DNA from: Gammaproteobacteria bacterium
Lineage (GTDB): Bacteria; Pseudomonadota; Gammaproteobacteria; SZUA-229
Reading direction: 5' to 3'
DNA: 64,000 nucleotides
Assembly: GCA_029882395.1 (NCBI GenBank)
Contig: JAOUKT010000002.1
Span: forward strand, 50,165-114,164
Below, one piece after another: positions 20,237 to 29,864 of this stretch. Below the pieces are notes generated by a model, which saw only the letters and a program-made list of their open reading frames with translations, had not been told where the DNA came from and searched no databases. The position numbers and the translations under genes were made by a program. Positions within the stretch are counted from its first letter, which is position 1; every line of letters begins with the position of its first letter.

Positions 20237-21601
20237 ATGACATTAGAACAGCTGCTGTTGATTTCAATTACCATTTTGAGTGGCGTGATGCTGATAATAT
20301 TAATTAGTCAGCTGAGAAGGCAGGATGTCATGTCAGGCAGAGCTGATGAGCAAGCGCGGCAGTTCGAGATATTAAGGGCCCTTGTTGAGCAAAAAATTTC
20401 ACATATGCTCGAGTCAATGACAGCGTTTCAGAATCAGTTAAAAATCAACGAAATCGAAAGCCGTGAAAGTCAGAGTAAAAGAATTTCAAATCTAGAAAAA
20501 GAACTGAGTGGCAAGTTTAATGAATTCAAAACTGACATGGCTGAGCTGCTGTTTAAAAATAATGAGTCTAACCAGAAAAATCAGGCAGAATCACTAAAAA
20601 CGCTCAACCAAACACTGGTTGAAAACAGCAAACAGCAAAATGAACAGATTGCCAAATCGCTTAAATCGTATGCTGACGAGTTTGGTAAACGCGTCGACAG
20701 CCTGACCGATAAGACAGATTTCAGATTAAAAGAAATCAGCGGCCAGGTTGAGAAAAAGCTGGGAGAAGGTTTTGATAAGACCACAGAGACCTTTGCCAAT
20801 GTGCTCAAGCGACTGACATTGATTGATGAGGCGCAGAAAAAAATTACCGAGTTGTCGGGTAATGTGGTGAGCCTGCAGGAAGTGCTGGCCGATAAGCGTT
20901 CACGAGGTGCCTTTGGTGAGGTGCAGCTATCGGCTCTGGTGGCGAATGTGATGCCGGCGCAAAGTTATGCGCTGCAATTTGGGTTATCAAATAATACACG
21001 GGTTGATTGCATGCTATTCTTGCCACAGCCGAGTGGCAATATCGCCGTTGATTCCAAGTTCCCACTAGAAAGTTATCAAAAGCTGAGCGCCTTTGATGTC
21101 ACAGAGGCGGATAAACTCAAAGCTGAAAAGCAATTTAAGGCAGATATTAAGAAGCACATCAAGGATATAGCGGACAAATACATAATCCCGGGTGAAACGG
21201 CTGAGGGCGCGGTGATGTTCATACCGGCAGAGTCTGTGTTTGCAGAGATTCATGCGCATCACCCTGATTTGGTGGAAGAATCACAAAAGAAAAGAGTCTG
21301 GATGGTGTCGCCTACAACGCTGATGGCCGTATTAACAACCGCCAGAGCGGTTATCAAGGACGATGCAACACGCCAGCAGGTTCACTTGATTCAGGAGCAT
21401 TTATCCAAGCTATCGGTCGAGTTTGGCCGTTTTGGCAGCCGCATGGAGAACCTGTCACGGCATATTTCGCAGGCACATAAAGATGTCGGCGAGGTAAAAA
21501 TCACCGCTGATAAGATTAAAGGTCAATTTATTAGTATAGAAAAAGTGGAACTGGACGATATAACTAAAGAAATCGGTGTTTTAGACAGTAATGCTAAGTA
21601 A
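20237..21601 (+). CDS. rmuC: DNA recombination protein RmuC
   Basis: N-terminal TM helix, long coiled coil, conserved RmuC C-terminal core (RGAFGEVQL...VDCMLFLP). Confidence 0.9.
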   Translation: MTLEQLLLISITILSGVMLIILISQLRRQDVMSGRADEQARQFEILRALVEQKISHMLESMTAFQNQLKINEIESRESQSKRISNLEKELSGKFNEFKTDMAELLFKNNESNQKNQAESLKTLNQTLVENSKQQNEQIAKSLKSYADEFGKRVDSLTDKTDFRLKEISGQVEKKLGEGFDKTTETFANVLKRLTLIDEAQKKITELSGNVVSLQEVLADKRSRGAFGEVQLSALVANVMPAQSYALQFGLSNNTRVDCMLFLPQPSGNIAVDSKFPLESYQKLSAFDVTEADKLKAEKQFKADIKKHIKDIADKYIIPGETAEGAVMFIPAESVFAEIHAHHPDLVEESQKKRVWMVSPTTLMAVLTTARAVIKDDATRQQVHLIQEHLSKLSVEFGRFGSRMENLSRHISQAHKDVGEVKITADKIKGQFISIEKVELDDITKEIGVLDSNAK

Positions 21602-21678
21602 TATTACTGGTTTGGGAAATATGAGCTATAGTTTCAATACTTTATAAAAATGTTAGCTATTCCATGGTTTTAGATTAG

Positions 21679-22857
21679 GTGTCTGAGAGAAAGTCTGTTT
21701 TGAAAATTATTGTATCAGTTATCATTTTAACGATTGCACTTTCTGCTCTGCTGCTAAGCGTTAATATCGCGTGGTTGCAGCTTGTCATAGCGCTGCTGAT
21801 GTCTGCCGGTTATGCCCTGGCTGTGTCGCTGTATTATCGTCAGCAGCTTCAGCAACAAAATGAAAAAGTACCCGATGAAGAATTTACAGATCAGGTGGGC
21901 AAGCTTGTGCACCAGTTTTGTGATTTATCCATTGAAGTAGACCCATCGATGGAAGCGATTTCCCAGATCAAAAAAATTGTTAATGATTCGGTGATCAAGC
22001 TCAATAACAGCTTCCTGGCGTTAGGTAGCTTATCGGATCAGCAAAGCAATGAGCTCGAAGTCCTGGTTAAACATTTTTCAAGTGATGAAGAGGGCGACTC
22101 GGTCTCTTTCAGAAAATTTGCCGTCGAGCTGGAGGTGGTACTTAAGCAGTTTGTTGACATAATCGTTGATGTTAGTGATAAAGGTGTTGATGCGGCATAT
22201 AAAATGCAGGATATGATTTCTGTGATGGATGAAGTGTTTGACCGGCTTATTGGTGTTCAAAAAATCGCATCGAAGACAAATTTACTGGCACTAAACGCTG
22301 CAATAGAAGCGGCCAGGGCCGGTGAAGTGGGCCGCGGTTTTGCTGTGGTTGCAGACGAGGTCAGAGAATTATCCCAACAAACCAGCATTTTGAATGAAGG
22401 TGTGCAGGAAAGGGCCAGGGCGGCTAAAGAAGGCCTGATATCGCTGAATGATGTCATTGGCGAGATAGCACAAATGGATATGAGTGCTACACTGAAAGCG
22501 AAAGACAATATTAATGACATGTTGACAAGTATCGACTCCGTTAACACAGAAGTGGGCACGGTTATCGACAATACGGCGAAAATTGCCTTTGATATCCGTG
22601 GCCATGTCTCAACGGCCGTGATGGCCTTGCAATATGAAGACGCAGTTGTACAGCTGTCGACACATATTGAAAACCTTCAAAATGGTATTAACGAGAAGAT
22701 AAGCGTTTTTCAGTCGAACTCAGCGACACCGGTTAGTCTTGCACAACTAATAAGTATCAATGAATCGATTCAGAAAGTGGATAGAGAAGTAACAATGGCG
22801 CTGGAAGATAGCATTAGATCAACCTCTGTTGATTCTGGTGAAGTGGATTTATTTTAA
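21679..22857 (+). CDS. Methyl-accepting chemotaxis protein with minimal sensor (two TM helices, almost no periplasmic loop)
   Basis: Highly conserved MCP signalling hairpin [34 protein letters not shown] start. Confidence 0.8.
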   Translation: MSERKSVLKIIVSVIILTIALSALLLSVNIAWLQLVIALLMSAGYALAVSLYYRQQLQQQNEKVPDEEFTDQVGKLVHQFCDLSIEVDPSMEAISQIKKIVNDSVIKLNNSFLALGSLSDQQSNELEVLVKHFSSDEEGDSVSFRKFAVELEVVLKQFVDIIVDVSDKGVDAAYKMQDMISVMDEVFDRLIGVQKIASKTNLLALNAAIEAARAGEVGRGFAVVADEVRELSQQTSILNEGVQERARAAKEGLISLNDVIGEIAQMDMSATLKAKDNINDMLTSIDSVNTEVGTVIDNTAKIAFDIRGHVSTAVMALQYEDAVVQLSTHIENLQNGINEKISVFQSNSATPVSLAQLISINESIQKVDREVTMALEDSIRSTSVDSGEVDLF

Positions 22858-22872
22858 TATAGAGAAAGCATT

Positions 22873-23178
22873 ATGGGTATAAGTAATCGTTTTATAAAAG
22901 AAGCCGGAGAATATCAGATAGCAGTCACTGGCAAGTTTGATTTTTCGCTGTTAAATGAGTTTCGTGATGCTTATGAAAGTGCACCGACAGACGCTAAAAA
23001 ATATGTGATTGATATGCGTGCCGTGGACATGATTGATAGTTCGGCTTTAGGCATGTTATTAAAAATGAAAAGGGCACTGAATCTGGCCGATGGCGAGCTG
23101 GATATCATTAATTGCAGCACTAATGTTAAAAAGATACTGATGATAGCCAAATTTGAACTGATGTTCTCAATTCAGTAA
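22873..23178 (+). CDS. STAS-domain anti-sigma-factor antagonist (HsbA-like)
   Basis: STAS fold motif IDSSALGMLL and small size. Sits immediately upstream of the RsbU/RsbW-like fusion. Confidence 0.75.
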   Translation: MGISNRFIKEAGEYQIAVTGKFDFSLLNEFRDAYESAPTDAKKYVIDMRAVDMIDSSALGMLLKMKRALNLADGELDIINCSTNVKKILMIAKFELMFSIQ

Positions 23179-23180
23179 AT

Positions 23181-24830
23181 ATGAAAATACTTGTCGTTGA
23201 TGATATAGATAAAAACCGGTCTATTCTCGACCGTTATCTGACAGCCAAGGGTTTTGATGTGATTACGGCCTCCTCAGGTGCCGAGTCGATCGTCATAGTA
23301 CATCAGGAAGAGATTGACCTCGTGCTGATGGATGTGAAAATGCCGGATATGGATGGTTATGAGGCCACCCGTCAGATCAAAGACATAGCATCGGAAAATT
23401 ACCTGCCCGTTATTTTTGTCACCGCCTTATCAGAAGAAGAAGCATTAGAAGAAGCGCTGGCGGCAGGTGGTGATGATTTTATAAGCAAGCCAATCAGTTT
23501 TGGTGTGTTGTTGTCAAAAATCAATGCGCATTCCCGAATCAGGGAACTTCATATTGAAGTCAACCGAAAAAATAATGAACTAATCACGCACAATATTCGA
23601 CTTAATCGGGAGCATGAACTGGTCTCGCATTTCTTTGACCAGGCACAAAAATTTTGTTTTTATGACGAAAAGATAGTTCGTTCATTCAGCATTCCAATGA
23701 GTACTTTCAGTGGCGACACGATACTGGTTGTGCGCAGGCCGCATGGCGGGCTGGCGATATTAATCGGTGATTTCACCGGCCACGGTCTATCTGCCGCCGT
23801 TGGCACGCTGCCTGTCTCGCAGGTTTTTTTCCAAATGGTGGAAGAGAATGCATTTATTGGTGATATTGCAAGAGAGCTTAATAAACAGGTGAATCTGTTG
23901 TTGCCGGTAGAAATGTTTTTTGCGGCATCGATTATCGAGCTTTCAGCCAAAGGTGATCGCCTGATGATCTGGCATGGCGGCATGCCAAATGCCTATTTGC
24001 TTGACCAGAAGACGAATGAGTTAACCACAATCAAAAGTGCACACCTGCCATTAGGTGTTCGTGAACAGGAAGAGTTTGATGATTCTGTTCAGCTGTTTTA
24101 TGTCAACCAGCATCATAAGTTAGTAAGCTTTACCGACGGCTTGTCCGAGGCAGAGAATACTGATCTGGAAATGATTGAGGCAGACATGATTGAAGATGCC
24201 ATAGTGGGCAGTGATGATATTATCAAATCAGTTATGGCGCTTTACCAGAGTTACAGTGAAGGCATCGCGCAATCAGATGACGTCTCCATTATCGAGCTGT
24301 CGTGTTTGCCGCTTGAGGCAGAAATAAAACCAGCGAATCCCGCTAACATCAAGGCCACCGTGCCATGGAATATCGAGCTTGTTGTTAATGACTATTTGCT
24401 AAAAAATGATGTTGTACAAAATATCATAGAATTAATCGGTGACTATACGCCATTAAAAGATCACAAGGGTATAATTCACACGCTGTTAACAGAGCTTTAT
24501 AGCAATGCATTGGATCATGGTATTTTAGGCTTAGAGGGTGATGCTAAAAATAGCGTCGAGGCTTTTGACCGCTATTACCTCGAACGTCATAAACGCCTGG
24601 ATTCATTAAAAGACTCATGCCTCACAGTAAAACTCAGTTATTTACCAGAAGAGCAGACGGCAGTGCTTAAAATCATAATGTCTCATAACGGCCGAAGCTT
24701 TAACCTTGATAACATAAAAGCCGCAGATGATGATATGCATGGCAGAGGCATGGACCTGATCAATGCCATATGTGAAGAGGTTGATTACAGTGATGAAGGA
24801 CGCTGTGTTAGCGTCGCATATCGTATCTAA
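23181..24830 (+). CDS. Response-regulator receiver + PP2C (SpoIIE-type) phosphatase + HATPase anti-sigma kinase fusion (HsbR-like)
   Basis: REC (VVDDIDKNR...LVLMDVKMPDMDG), PP2C (GDFTGHGLSAAVG), and C-terminal RsbW-like N-box and G-box (ELYSNALDHG, MHGRGMDLI). Confidence 0.8.
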   Translation: MKILVVDDIDKNRSILDRYLTAKGFDVITASSGAESIVIVHQEEIDLVLMDVKMPDMDGYEATRQIKDIASENYLPVIFVTALSEEEALEEALAAGGDDFISKPISFGVLLSKINAHSRIRELHIEVNRKNNELITHNIRLNREHELVSHFFDQAQKFCFYDEKIVRSFSIPMSTFSGDTILVVRRPHGGLAILIGDFTGHGLSAAVGTLPVSQVFFQMVEENAFIGDIARELNKQVNLLLPVEMFFAASIIELSAKGDRLMIWHGGMPNAYLLDQKTNELTTIKSAHLPLGVREQEEFDDSVQLFYVNQHHKLVSFTDGLSEAENTDLEMIEADMIEDAIVGSDDIIKSVMALYQSYSEGIAQSDDVSIIELSCLPLEAEIKPANPANIKATVPWNIELVVNDYLLKNDVVQNIIELIGDYTPLKDHKGIIHTLLTELYSNALDHGILGLEGDAKNSVEAFDRYYLERHKRLDSLKDSCLTVKLSYLPEEQTAVLKIIMSHNGRSFNLDNIKAADDDMHGRGMDLINAICEEVDYSDEGRCVSVAYRI

Positions 24831-24835
24831 CGGCG

Positions 24836-25060
24836 TTAAAGACCGGATAAGGCATACTGCACTATAGTGACCAGTACAGTGATGAAAAGCGCGGCAAAGA
24901 TTAGTCCGCCCAGAATATAATGCCAAAGTTTGCCCTTATTGAAGTCTCTTTGCCGGTTTTTTTCTGTCTGAACACCAAACATGGCCGCTAATACACTGCC
25001 AAATGTCTGAAGAAATGAAACATTATCTGTCTCTTTGGTATCATCTTTTTTTACTTTCAT
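24836..25060 (-). CDS. DUF2970-like small membrane protein
   Basis: 74 aa with a single C-terminal TM helix and the QTFGSVLAAMFGVQ motif typical of DUF2970. Confidence 0.5.
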   Translation of the reverse strand: MKVKKDDTKETDNVSFLQTFGSVLAAMFGVQTEKNRQRDFNKGKLWHYILGGLIFAALFITVLVTIVQYALSGL

Positions 25061-25148
25061 GACTCGCCCGGGTTTTACTATCAGTATCGATCAAGGTACG
25101 ATTATGCCTTAAACTAAATCAGAGTAACAGCCAGCCTAGGGAGAGCCA

Positions 25149-25505
25149 ATGAATAAGCTACTATTGATAAGTGTGTTGCTGATGAGTCAGCAGGTTATGG
25201 CGAATGAAGTAAAAATCGTTGATGTAAAGCTTGTTAAGAAAAGTGCTGAGCACTACCGGGTGGATGTGACTTTATTGCACGGCGATACAGGCTGGGATCA
25301 TTATGCGGACGGCTGGGAAATACTGGATCAGAATAAAAAGCGGATTGGGCAGCGAGTATTGGGCCATCCACATGTTAATGAGCAGCCTTTTACCCGTTCA
25401 CTGCAGAATGCTGAGATAGCAAAAGCTAACCAGCATATTTATATCCGGGCGCATGATAAAATCCATGGCTACAGTAAATTATATAAAGTTAAATTAAACA
25501 AATAG
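25149..25505 (+). CDS. Small secreted hypothetical protein (His-rich, signal peptide)
   Basis: Signal peptide MNKLLLISVLLMSQQVMA, followed by a roughly 95-aa mature protein of unknown family. Confidence 0.45.
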   Translation: MNKLLLISVLLMSQQVMANEVKIVDVKLVKKSAEHYRVDVTLLHGDTGWDHYADGWEILDQNKKRIGQRVLGHPHVNEQPFTRSLQNAEIAKANQHIYIRAHDKIHGYSKLYKVKLNK

Positions 25506-25514
25506 TGGTAAGAA

Positions 25515-28500
25515 GTGTCAGACATAGATTCAGTTGTTAAGCTAACAGAAACAAAAATCAGCCAGGGATTTAATAAGGATAAGGCCGGCTTTAAACGCCG
25601 CCTGAAACGGATTACAGCGAGTATTAAATCAGGCGATGCGGAAAAAGCCGGGGCAACACTGAATCAGCTGTTAAAGCAGGCTGAGCACTCTGCGACTAGC
25701 CTGCAAATAAAACGATCGGCGGTCCCTGAATTCGACTTTCCCGATAGTTTACCCATTACAGCCCGGTTAGCGGATATTGAAGCGGCCATCAATCAACACC
25801 AGGTTGTGATTATATGCGGTGAAACCGGCTCGGGAAAAACCACGCAGCTGCCAAAACTCTGCCTGAGAATGGGGCGTGGCATCGATGGCCAGATCGGCCA
25901 TACACAGCCGCGCAGGCTGGCAGCCCGCTCGGTTGCCGCGCGCATTGCCGAAGAGATGAATTCTGAATTAGGCGCAGCCGTAGGTTATAAAGTCCGCTTT
26001 AAGGACCAGTCATTGGATAGCAGTTATATTAAGCTGATGACCGATGGTATCTTGCTGGCCGAAATTCAAAAGTCACCGCTGCTGAAACAATACGACACCT
26101 TGATTATCGATGAAGCGCACGAGCGAAGCCTGAATATTGATTTTCTACTGGGCTATCTGAAGCGGCTGTTGCCGAAGCGGCCCGAGCTGAAAGTCATCAT
26201 CACCTCGGCGACCATCGATCCTGAAAAATTCTCAGATCACTTTGACAAAGCCCCTATTATCCTGGTCTCAGGCAGAACCTACCCGGTTGAAGTGCGTTAT
26301 CGCCCGTATGAAAAAATATCATTAAGCGAAGCCATAGCCGAAGCCGTCGATGAATTAATAAGGGAAAAAGAAGGCGATATATTGGTTTTCTTAAGCGGTG
26401 AGCGTGACATTCGTGATGCGGCAGAAGTGTTAAGAAAAAAACTGTACCGGCATACGGAAGTGCTGCCGCTGCTAGCGCGATTATCGGCTCAGGAGCAAAA
26501 CAGAATATTTCATCCCGGGGGCCTAAGGCGAATAATACTGGCGACCAATGTGGCTGAGACCTCGTTAACCGTGCCTGGTATACGTTATGTTGTTGACAGT
26601 GGTTTAGCGCGAATATCAAGATACTCATTCAGAAGTAAAATGCAGCGCCTGCCGATTGAAAGCATTTCAAGAGCCGCCGCAGACCAGAGAAAAGGCCGTT
26701 GCGGAAGGGTGGCTGAAGGCATTTGTATCCGGCTATATGATGAGCATGATTTTAATGGCCGGGCTGAATTCACGGAAGCAGAAATTCACCGCACCAACCT
26801 GGCATCTGTTATCTTGCAAATGGCTTATACCGGCATGGGAGACATGGAAAACTTTCCCTTTGTCGATATCCCCGACCCGCGGCTGATTAACGATGGTGTT
26901 CGTTTATTAAAAGAGCTGAATGCTTATGATGACAATGGCATAACGGCAACCGGCAGAGAAATGGCTGCTTTCCCGCTGGACCCGCAACTTTCCAGAATGA
27001 TAGTAGAAGCAAATAAGGAGAGCTGCTTAAAAGAAATGCTGATAATCGTTTCGGCACTGGCCATTCAGGACCCGCGCGAGAGACCGGTCGATAAACAGCA
27101 GGCAGCCGATGAGAGGCATCGGCCATTTCAAAACAAAAAATCAGATTTTCTGTTTTATATAAACTGCTGGCAGGCCTATCAGGAAAAAAGAAAAGAACTG
27201 TCGCAAAATAAAACCAGGCAATGGTGCAGCAAAAATTTTCTAGCCTATATGCGCATGAGGGAATGGCAGGATGTGCATGAGCAGTTAGTTTCGCAGGTAA
27301 AATTGTTAGGCTACCGGCTAAACATGAGTCCGCAACAAAAACAAAACAATGATGATAGCGAATATGATGCGGTTCACCGCTCGATTTTAACCGGCATATT
27401 AAGCCATATCGGTTTTAAAACAGAAGAAGAGCATTATTTAGGCACGCGGGGAAGAAAGTTTTTTATCTTCCCGGGCTCGGGCTTGTTTAAAAAGAAACCT
27501 AAATTAGTCATGGCGGCCGAGATAGTAGAAACCCAAAAAGTATATGCCAGGACAAATGCGGTCATTCAGCTGCAGTGGCTGGAGGAAAAAGCCAGGCACC
27601 TATTAAAATATCAGTATTCAGAGCCGCACTGGCAGAAAAAAACCTCACAGGTATCGGCCGATCAGTCAGCATTGCTCTATGGTCTGACAATTTATGCAAA
27701 AAAGAAAGTTAACTTCGGGCCGATAGACCCGGATGCAGCAAGAAAGATTTTCATCTGGGCACTGGTAAACGGCGAATACGAACCACGTGCCCGCTTTCTT
27801 TCACATAACCAGAGCCTGATGTCTGATATCCACCGTCTCGAAGCAAAATCAAGACGTCAGGATGTGCTGGTCGATGAGCAGGTGCTGTATGATTTTTATG
27901 ACCAGCGAATAAAACAGGGCATTGCCAACGGGCCGGCTTTTGAAAAATGGTGGCAGCAGGAAATGAACAGGCAGCCTGAATTATTAAACATGCAGCGTGA
28001 TGAGCTGATGCAGCATGATGCCAGTACCGTGAGCAAGGAGCAGTTCCCGGATGTAATGCGTTTTAATGGAATAAAGCTCAAACTTGAATATATATTTGAC
28101 CCCAAGCTAAAGCATGACGGCATTTGTTTGCACGTGCCGTTAATTGCACTGAATGCAGTTGATGCGGTGCGCTGTGAATGGCTGGTGGCCGGTATGCTGA
28201 GAGAAAAAGTAATCGCGTTAATTCGATCCTTACCAAAAACCCTGCGTAGAAATTTTGTGCCGGTACCGGATTTTGCTGATGCCTGTCTGCAAAGCATGGT
28301 GCAGGGAGAGCGACCCTTAACGGTTGAAATGGCGGCACAGCTAAAACGCATTACCGGTGTTAGCATACCTTTTGATGCCTGGCGAACAGACTTGCTCGAT
28401 GATTATTTATTTATGTCGTTCAAGTTAGTAGATAACCAGGGTGATGTGATTAAGCAGAGCAAGGATTTGCTGGGCCTGCAGCAGCAAACTGAAAGTGATG

Positions 28501-29405
28501 TGATCGTGCATGAGGTATCAGAAGATTTGTCAGCTTACGAAATTGACTCGGTCGTGCAGTGGGATTTTGGTGAGCTAAAAAATGAGATAGTGATTCAACA
28601 GGCGGGCATCGAGTTAACGTTCTATCCGGCGTTAAAAAAAGAAGGCAGTAAAGTTGCCTTGCGGCTGTTTGATAATCAGCAGCAGGCCGCACATTGCATG
28701 GGCAGAGGTCTCAGCCAGTTAATTCGCATTAATCTCTCGGAGCAGCTGCACACTATGCAGCAGACACAAAAAGGCCTGCAGGCGATGTGTTTATTGTATC
28801 GCAATATAGGCAGTTGTCAGGATTTAAGCGATGACCTGATGGCGGTGAGCATCAATGATGCGTTTGCACTGGATCCTTTGCCCTTAAACGCCAGTGACTA
28901 TCATAAAGTACTGCATGACGGCAGAGAAAAAATGTCGGATACTTTAAAAACACGTTACATGCAGTGTGCAGAAATCTTAGAGCTTAATCACGGTATTCAG
29001 AAACGCTTAAAGAAACTGCCGCTTAACCTGCTTGATGCCGGTTCAGATATACAGGATCAGTGTCAGCATCTGTTGTTTAAACACTTCATGCTGGAAACCC
29101 ATGCCAGGCAACTGTCATATTTTCCACGTTATCTTAAAGCGATCAATGCCAGACTGGACAAGCTGGAAAGTGATAATAGTAAAGACCGTGCTTTAAGGCT
29201 GAAAGTCCAGCCTTACTGGGATAATTATAAAAACCGGCTAAAGGCTTTGCAGCAACAAAAACATCAGTCAGTCGTGCTCGAAGAGTTTCGCTGGCTGATC
29301 GAAGAATACCGTGTTTCATTGTTTGCACAGTCACTTAAAACCGCTGTTCCCGTCTCTGAAAAACGGCTTAACCAATGCTGGGAAGAGGTGAAACTCGGTG
29401 TTTAA
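25515..29405 (+). CDS. hrpA: ATP-dependent RNA helicase HrpA (DEAH-box)
   Basis: GETGSGKTTQLP, DEAH, and full-length colinearity with E. coli HrpA (about 1300 aa). GTG start. Confidence 0.95.
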   Translation: MSDIDSVVKLTETKISQGFNKDKAGFKRRLKRITASIKSGDAEKAGATLNQLLKQAEHSATSLQIKRSAVPEFDFPDSLPITARLADIEAAINQHQVVIICGETGSGKTTQLPKLCLRMGRGIDGQIGHTQPRRLAARSVAARIAEEMNSELGAAVGYKVRFKDQSLDSSYIKLMTDGILLAEIQKSPLLKQYDTLIIDEAHERSLNIDFLLGYLKRLLPKRPELKVIITSATIDPEKFSDHFDKAPIILVSGRTYPVEVRYRPYEKISLSEAIAEAVDELIREKEGDILVFLSGERDIRDAAEVLRKKLYRHTEVLPLLARLSAQEQNRIFHPGGLRRIILATNVAETSLTVPGIRYVVDSGLARISRYSFRSKMQRLPIESISRAAADQRKGRCGRVAEGICIRLYDEHDFNGRAEFTEAEIHRTNLASVILQMAYTGMGDMENFPFVDIPDPRLINDGVRLLKELNAYDDNGITATGREMAAFPLDPQLSRMIVEANKESCLKEMLIIVSALAIQDPRERPVDKQQAADERHRPFQNKKSDFLFYINCWQAYQEKRKELSQNKTRQWCSKNFLAYMRMREWQDVHEQLVSQVKLLGYRLNMSPQQKQNNDDSEYDAVHRSILTGILSHIGFKTEEEHYLGTRGRKFFIFPGSGLFKKKPKLVMAAEIVETQKVYARTNAVIQLQWLEEKARHLLKYQYSEPHWQKKTSQVSADQSALLYGLTIYAKKKVNFGPIDPDAARKIFIWALVNGEYEPRARFLSHNQSLMSDIHRLEAKSRRQDVLVDEQVLYDFYDQRIKQGIANGPAFEKWWQQEMNRQPELLNMQRDELMQHDASTVSKEQFPDVMRFNGIKLKLEYIFDPKLKHDGICLHVPLIALNAVDAVRCEWLVAGMLREKVIALIRSLPKTLRRNFVPVPDFADACLQSMVQGERPLTVEMAAQLKRITGVSIPFDAWRTDLLDDYLFMSFKLVDNQGDVIKQSKDLLGLQQQTESDVIVHEVSEDLSAYEIDSVVQWDFGELKNEIVIQQAGIELTFYPALKKEGSKVALRLFDNQQQAAHCMGRGLSQLIRINLSEQLHTMQQTQKGLQAMCLLYRNIGSCQDLSDDLMAVSINDAFALDPLPLNASDYHKVLHDGREKMSDTLKTRYMQCAEILELNHGIQKRLKKLPLNLLDAGSDIQDQCQHLLFKHFMLETHARQLSYFPRYLKAINARLDKLESDNSKDRALRLKVQPYWDNYKNRLKALQQQKHQSVVLEEFRWLIEEYRVSLFAQSLKTAVPVSEKRLNQCWEEVKLGV

Positions 29406-29469
29406 ATGCAGGCTGGCAGTTTATAGTCTATAAATAATTAAAAGATAATAATGGTTAAATCCAGATTTT

Positions 29470-29766
29470 ATGGACGAAGACAATAAGATAAGCGATCTGC
29501 GCAGTAATATCCGGCATCCAATAGAAGTGCCTATCAGGCTGATAGATGAAAATGGTGCCGAACATAAAGCCGTCTCGGGAAATGTCAGTGACTGTGGATT
29601 GTATCTAAGCATCACGCTGGAAAAACGCCCGGCCATAGAAAGCATTGTACAGGTTCAGGTGATGACACCTCTGGGTGATGGCAGTGATGCGCCGATTAAC
29701 CGGGCACGTGTTATGCGATATGGTGCCGATGGTGTGGGCCTGATGTTTCTGCTTGAAGAGAAATAA
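29470..29766 (+). CDS. PilZ-domain protein (putative c-di-GMP binding)
   Basis: RxxxR-like NIRHP motif, then DCGLYL. Small beta-barrel size. Confidence 0.45.
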   Translation: MDEDNKISDLRSNIRHPIEVPIRLIDENGAEHKAVSGNVSDCGLYLSITLEKRPAIESIVQVQVMTPLGDGSDAPINRARVMRYGADGVGLMFLLEEK

Positions 29767-29770
29767 AAAA

Positions 29771-29844
29771 AGCCCGGATCAATGATCCGGGCTTGCCGTA
29801 TTCACCTGGAATTAAAAAGTGCCTGCACTTTCTGGTTCCAGGTT
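29771..29844. terminator. Pair of hairpin terminators serving convergent genes (agcccggatcaatgatccgggct; acctggaa...ttccaggt+tttt)
   Basis: The first hairpin is preceded by an A-run (serves the minus strand). The second is followed by TTTTT (serves the plus strand). Confidence 0.6.
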
Positions 29845-29864
29845 TTTAATAGCTTTCCAATAAC

